NCBI GenBank assembly: GCA_965212015.1
Contig: OZ243037.1
Coordinates: 768,001 to 832,000 of the forward strand
DNA from: Cenarchaeum sp.
GTDB taxonomy: Archaea; Thermoproteota; Nitrososphaeria; Nitrososphaerales; Nitrosopumilaceae
Direction of reading: 5' to 3'
Length of the DNA stretch: 64,000 nt
Of the stretch, positions 60,066 through 64,000 are shown piece by piece; position 1 is the stretch's first letter; each line of letters opens with the position of its first letter. Made by a program: the position numbers and the translations under genes. Below the pieces are notes generated by a model, which made no database searches, was not told the origin of the DNA, and saw nothing but the letters and a program-made list of their open reading frames with translations.

Positions 60066-62180
60066 CTACAGCTGCGACTTTATGCTGCCGGCAAGCCGGG
60101 GGCCTATCTTGTCGATGGCGGCCAGCTTTTTGAGCGGTGCCGCCGACAGGGCATCCAGGTTTTTTATGCCGTTTTTGTGCAGCACCCTGGCGCGTATCCG
60201 CCCGATTCCCTTGATTCGCACCAGTCCCAGGAGCTCCTCTTTTATGCCGTATGAGATCCTGCCGCGCAGCGCGTCTAGCTCGGCGAGCAGATCGGCGCGC
60301 TCTGAGTGCTTTGCAATCTGCCTCAGGCAGTAGAGCAGCCAGTTGGCATTTTCCGTCATCCGGTGTATGTCGCCGGACTCGATCTTGAGGTTTTCTGAAA
60401 GCGACACCTCGGTGGACTCGCCAATCCAGGAGTCAAGCGCAAGCAGGCTCCGGTTGCAGTCGTCTTCTGAGACGGGCTCTATCAGCTCCGCTGCGCGCCT
60501 CTCAAGGAGCAGGCCTGCAAGCTCATAGTCGCCCTGCCGCAGGCCGAACTTTGGGAAAAACTCCTCGCACGTGGTGATCAGGTGCAGGAATCCCAGGGTG
60601 TGCCTGCGCCTTTTTGACGTGCTTTGTATGGCGTCTCGGAAATTCGTGGCAGTAATTGGATCAATGTACAGCATCGAGGTCTGCTTTCCAAACTCCGTGG
60701 CCGCATACCTGTCGCTTTTTTGCACCAGCAGGCCCTCTTTTAGCAGGAATCTCAGGGCGGTGCGGACCCCGAACTTTATGACGGCCTTTCCGGACTGCAC
60801 GCCCCCCAGGGTACCCAGAAAAAAATCCACCAGCTCGTCTCTTTTGATTCCGGGGCTGGTGGAGACCAGGCTAAGTGTGTGTATGCGCAGCGCCCTCTCG
60901 TCGGTAATCCTCGACTCGATGGGCTCAGGCTCGCCGTTTATGTAATAGTCCATGAGATCGTCGGTGTTGGATTTTCCCACGATTATCGCCTCGCCGAACT
61001 TGTCGTACTGCGGCCTGCCGGCCCTCCCGCAGAGCTGCTTGTATTCCAGAATGCTGATCGGCATGCTGGCCCCCATCCTTACGTTATAGCGGTTCACGCT
61101 GGATATCACGACGCGCCTTGCCGGAAGGTTGACGCCTGCCGCAAGCGTGGGCGTGGAGCACAAAAGCCTTATCGTGCCCTTGCGGAACTCGGACTCGATG
61201 GTGGCCCTGCAGTTCTGGTTCAGCCCTGCATGGTGGAACGCCACGCCCTTTTTTACCAGCTCTGCGAGCGTCTTTACCACCTTTGTGTGCTCGTTTGAGC
61301 CCAGTATTTTTTTTGACACCTTTTCTAGATCCTTTAGCTGCGAGTCCTCGAGCATCTTTGATATTACACCGGACGCCTTTGTCGCCATCGACGAGGCGCG
61401 GATGCGCGTCTCGGCAAACAGGAGCGACTGGCCCCCGTTTTTGACTGATTCCGCCCCGAGATCCACGGGCGGGCCGCGCAGTGTAGGGTCAATCTCGTAG
61501 TGCCTTCCGTTGCTCATCGTGACTGTCCCGTAATCATACACGCCCTCAGACAGCGGAACGGGCCTCCAGTCGCTTTTGACCAGCTCGGAGCCCAGCCATC
61601 CTGAAATCTCGCCTGCGTTGGTAACTGTGGCGCTAAGCCCGACTATTTGCGGCCTCGGCTCAAGCCGCTTTATCTTTGCCAGTATCATCTCCAGGGTGGG
61701 TCCCCTGTCCTGATCCCCGATCAAATGAACCTCGTCGGCGATTACCAGCCCGATGTCATCAAGCCATTCCAGCCCGTGGCGAATAAGCGAGTCCATCTTT
61801 TCGTTTGTAAGGATTATGATATTGTTTTTTCCAAGGTTCTTTTCTGCGCCCTCAGAGTCGCCAGTCGACATACCGACTCTGATTTTCCCGCCAACCGGGA
61901 CGCGTTCCAGCTTTTTGAACTCGGCATACTTTTCAGACGCCAGTGCGCGCAGCGGGCTGAGATACACCGCCTTGCCCGGTTTTCCGGACAGATAGCTCAG
62001 CATTGCAATCGTGGCAATCAGCGTCTTTCCGCTTGCAGTCGGCGCCGATACCAGGACGCTTTTTCCGCCGACTAGCCCCGCCTTTACGGCTTGCGCCTGC
62101 GGCGGATACAGCTTGGTAAAGCCCTCCCCTGTCAGAAAGTCGATTGCAGGACTCGGAAGATCAAGCTGTGAGATTTTCAT
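60066..62180 (-). CDS. hel308: Ski2-like ATP-dependent DNA helicase Hel308
   Basis: PTASGKT, DEVH, LSAT, FHHAGL and GRAGRPQYD motifs; C-terminal HhH. Confidence 0.95.
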   Translation of the reverse strand: MKISQLDLPSPAIDFLTGEGFTKLYPPQAQAVKAGLVGGKSVLVSAPTASGKTLIATIAMLSYLSGKPGKAVYLSPLRALASEKYAEFKKLERVPVGGKIRVGMSTGDSEGAEKNLGKNNIIILTNEKMDSLIRHGLEWLDDIGLVIADEVHLIGDQDRGPTLEMILAKIKRLEPRPQIVGLSATVTNAGEISGWLGSELVKSDWRPVPLSEGVYDYGTVTMSNGRHYEIDPTLRGPPVDLGAESVKNGGQSLLFAETRIRASSMATKASGVISKMLEDSQLKDLEKVSKKILGSNEHTKVVKTLAELVKKGVAFHHAGLNQNCRATIESEFRKGTIRLLCSTPTLAAGVNLPARRVVISSVNRYNVRMGASMPISILEYKQLCGRAGRPQYDKFGEAIIVGKSNTDDLMDYYINGEPEPIESRITDERALRIHTLSLVSTSPGIKRDELVDFFLGTLGGVQSGKAVIKFGVRTALRFLLKEGLLVQKSDRYAATEFGKQTSMLYIDPITATNFRDAIQSTSKRRRHTLGFLHLITTCEEFFPKFGLRQGDYELAGLLLERRAAELIEPVSEDDCNRSLLALDSWIGESTEVSLSENLKIESGDIHRMTENANWLLYCLRQIAKHSERADLLAELDALRGRISYGIKEELLGLVRIKGIGRIRARVLHKNGIKNLDALSAAPLKKLAAIDKIGPRLAGSIKSQL

Positions 62181-64000
62181 ACCCGGTTATAGTGACCGGG
62201 TTTTGATTCATAAATAGATGCTTCGCGCAGCATTCTCCGGACATAGTTTCTGGCCTCCTCCTCGGAGAATTTCTCGGACTTTACCAGCTCGCCTATAAAC
62301 TGCTTTTCCTCGACTGCGGTCTTGTTGTCGCCTTCGAGCGACTTTAGTATGTCCATGAAGAGCTGCATTTTGGAGACCTCGCTGCGCGGCTTGCCCTGAA
62401 GCACGCCCAGATCCACCTTGCCCGTATTGACGTCGACTCCTGCGTCCTGAAGCATGCTCTGCATGAGATCGATTGCCCGCTGTGCGTCCTCGTCGTCGAC
62501 CTGATCCTTCATCAGCAGCCTCGCCCTTGCGGTGGCCAGCCTTATGAGGCCCTCCAGCTGGCGCGGGGTGACTGTAATCATTTCGTCAGAGTCGACGTTT
62601 CTCATCTTCATGTAATAGTCGATAATCTTGGTCTGTGCGTCCTTTGTCAGGACGGGGTTGAACTTTTTGGCGTATGCCAGGTACTTTGTGAGAGTGTCCA
62701 CGTCGATCAGGGAGCGGTGCTCGATTCCAGACGGGGTGTGAAGATCTATTATGTGCCGGGCTATGTTCCTGTCGCGCTCCTTTGACGGGGTGTCCCTTAC
62801 GACAAATATAAGATCAAAGCGGGTCAAAAGCGGCACCGGCAGGTTTACGTTCTCGGTAATGTTTTTGAACGGATCATACTTGCCGTACATTGGGTTTGCC
62901 GCCGCAAGTATCGACGTTCTTGCGTTAAGGGTGGCCACGATTCCGCCCTTTGCAATGCTGGCAGACTGCTGCTCCATTACCTCGTGGAGCGCGCTCCGAT
63001 CCTCGGGCTTCATCTTGTCGAACTCGTCTATGCAGACGAGTCCCTGGTCGCCTAGCACCACTGCGCCTGCCTCCAGCATCATTATTCCGGTCTTGTCGCG
63101 CACTACTGCTGCCGTAAGGCCGGCGGCAGTGGAGCCCCTGCCGGAGGTGTACAGCCCCCTGGGCGCTATCCTTGCGCAAAACTTTAGCATCTCGCTTTTT
63201 GCAGTGCCGGGATCACCTACCAAAAACACATTGACGTCCCCCCGTATCTTGCTGCCGTCACGCAGCTGCCTCTGCGTGGAGCCCACTATTAGCAGCAAAA
63301 TCGCCTCCTTGATTATCTCCTGGCCCCGTATGTGCGGCGCAAACGAGCTGACCAGTTTCTCATAAATGTCGTCATCACCCCCCAGCGCCTTTATCGTCTT
63401 TTCTTCTTCGGGCGAGATTTCTTCTCTCTCGCTTCTTCGCGAGGTCTTTGAGCTGCGGCCCCCGAGAAACTCTACATTGTTTCCGTCTATCCTCAGCCGG
63501 TACAGGGCGCTGTTTACGCGGCTTATTCCGGATATGGGCTCCTGCTCGATTCTCACTATTCCCGACAGTATTATCCTGTCGCCGGGGCGCGCATTGTCCA
63601 CCAGATCCTGCTTTATGGCCACGTCGATATAGTGGGGAAGCTGCCCCGGCGGAAGATCCTCGGGAAGCTCCTGCAGGCGAAGTATCTGAAAGTCGATAAA
63701 CTTGCTTGTGTCGGGCTTTACCTCCAGCTCCCGGTGCGTGCATTTTGGGGACGAGCATTTCGATGGCACATTGACGCTCATTCCCTTTTGAAGGAGTATC
63801 TGCGTATAGTGCCCGTCGGGGCACACGTACATGAGCTCCCTTGCCAGCGGCTTTACCTCTGAGGCGCGCACCACCATGCCAGAGACGCTAGTCATCTTGT
63901 TGATTATCTCGGCGTTGATCTGCCGGAGGCTGCGCTGGACGGGATAGTTTACAATGCGCGCCCGCACGTCGTCCTTGATTTTTTCGGCGTACTTTGAGAA
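62177..64000 (-). CDS. mcm: MCM replicative helicase (5' end lies outside the window)
   Basis: GDPGTAKS, AAGLTAAV, CIDEFDKM, AANP and LLTRFDL motifs; no intein visible. Confidence 0.97.
   Translation of the reverse strand, partial: FSKYAEKIKDDVRARIVNYPVQRSLRQINAEIINKMTSVSGMVVRASEVKPLARELMYVCPDGHYTQILLQKGMSVNVPSKCSSPKCTHRELEVKPDTSKFIDFQILRLQELPEDLPPGQLPHYIDVAIKQDLVDNARPGDRIILSGIVRIEQEPISGISRVNSALYRLRIDGNNVEFLGGRSSKTSRRSEREEISPEEEKTIKALGGDDDIYEKLVSSFAPHIRGQEIIKEAILLLIVGSTQRQLRDGSKIRGDVNVFLVGDPGTAKSEMLKFCARIAPRGLYTSGRGSTAAGLTAAVVRDKTGIMMLEAGAVVLGDQGLVCIDEFDKMKPEDRSALHEVMEQQSASIAKGGIVATLNARTSILAAANPMYGKYDPFKNITENVNLPVPLLTRFDLIFVVRDTPSKERDRNIARHIIDLHTPSGIEHRSLIDVDTLTKYLAYAKKFNPVLTKDAQTKIIDYYMKMRNVDSDEMITVTPRQLEGLIRLATARARLLMKDQVDDEDAQRAIDLMQSMLQDAGVDVNTGKVDLGVLQGKPRSEVSKMQLFMDILKSLEGDNKTAVEEKQFIGELVKSEKFSEEEARNYVRRMLREASIYESKPGHYNRV

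Noticed and set aside
27706-63862. Numerous long antisense and alternate-frame ORFs overlapping core genes
   Set aside because: They are expected from GC-rich codon bias, have no motifs and overlap confidently assigned genes.
62177-64000. Intein in MCM
   Set aside because: The Walker A, Walker B and Arg-finger motifs are normally spaced, with no insertion.

Overview
Archaeal chromosomal window from an ammonia-oxidising archaeon (Nitrososphaerota/Thaumarchaeota, Nitrosopumilaceae-like). This is inferred from a type IB topoisomerase, NAC, archease, Hel308, MCM, a cupredoxin and several lineage-typical small proteins. The fairly GC-rich backbone, a giant Ig/beta-propeller surface protein and pseudogenes suggest a host-associated lineage such as a sponge symbiont (inference). 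The backbone carries hflX, a phoU-type regulator, UbiD, topoisomerase IB, an intron-containing tRNA-Met, cyoE, NAD kinase, rhodanese, pstCAB-phoU, hemLC-cobA-hemD, sufBD-Rieske-sufS-sufU, pgk, mtnP, apt, purD, thioredoxin, archease, hel308 and mcm. Accessory DNA is inserted into this backbone. (i) A complete 2.44-kb IS6-like element (53-bp TIRs, 8-bp target duplication, two passenger genes) abuts a second, decayed IS6-like element. (ii) An AT-rich three-gene cassette (COMMD-like protein, small acidic protein, retropepsin-like protease) is bracketed by 86-bp hairpin-forming direct repeats that show a compensatory base change. (iii) Two AT-rich islands each pair a nucleotide-degrading enzyme (P-loop kinase-NDT fusion; SAMHD1-like HD hydrolase) with a YwgA/Panacea-like partner and are candidate defence or toxin-antitoxin modules. 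(iv) A 2003-aa adhesin has a G11 tract between its TATA box and start codon, and an 81-bp MITE lies nearby. All family assignments come from motif recognition by eye; no database searches were run.
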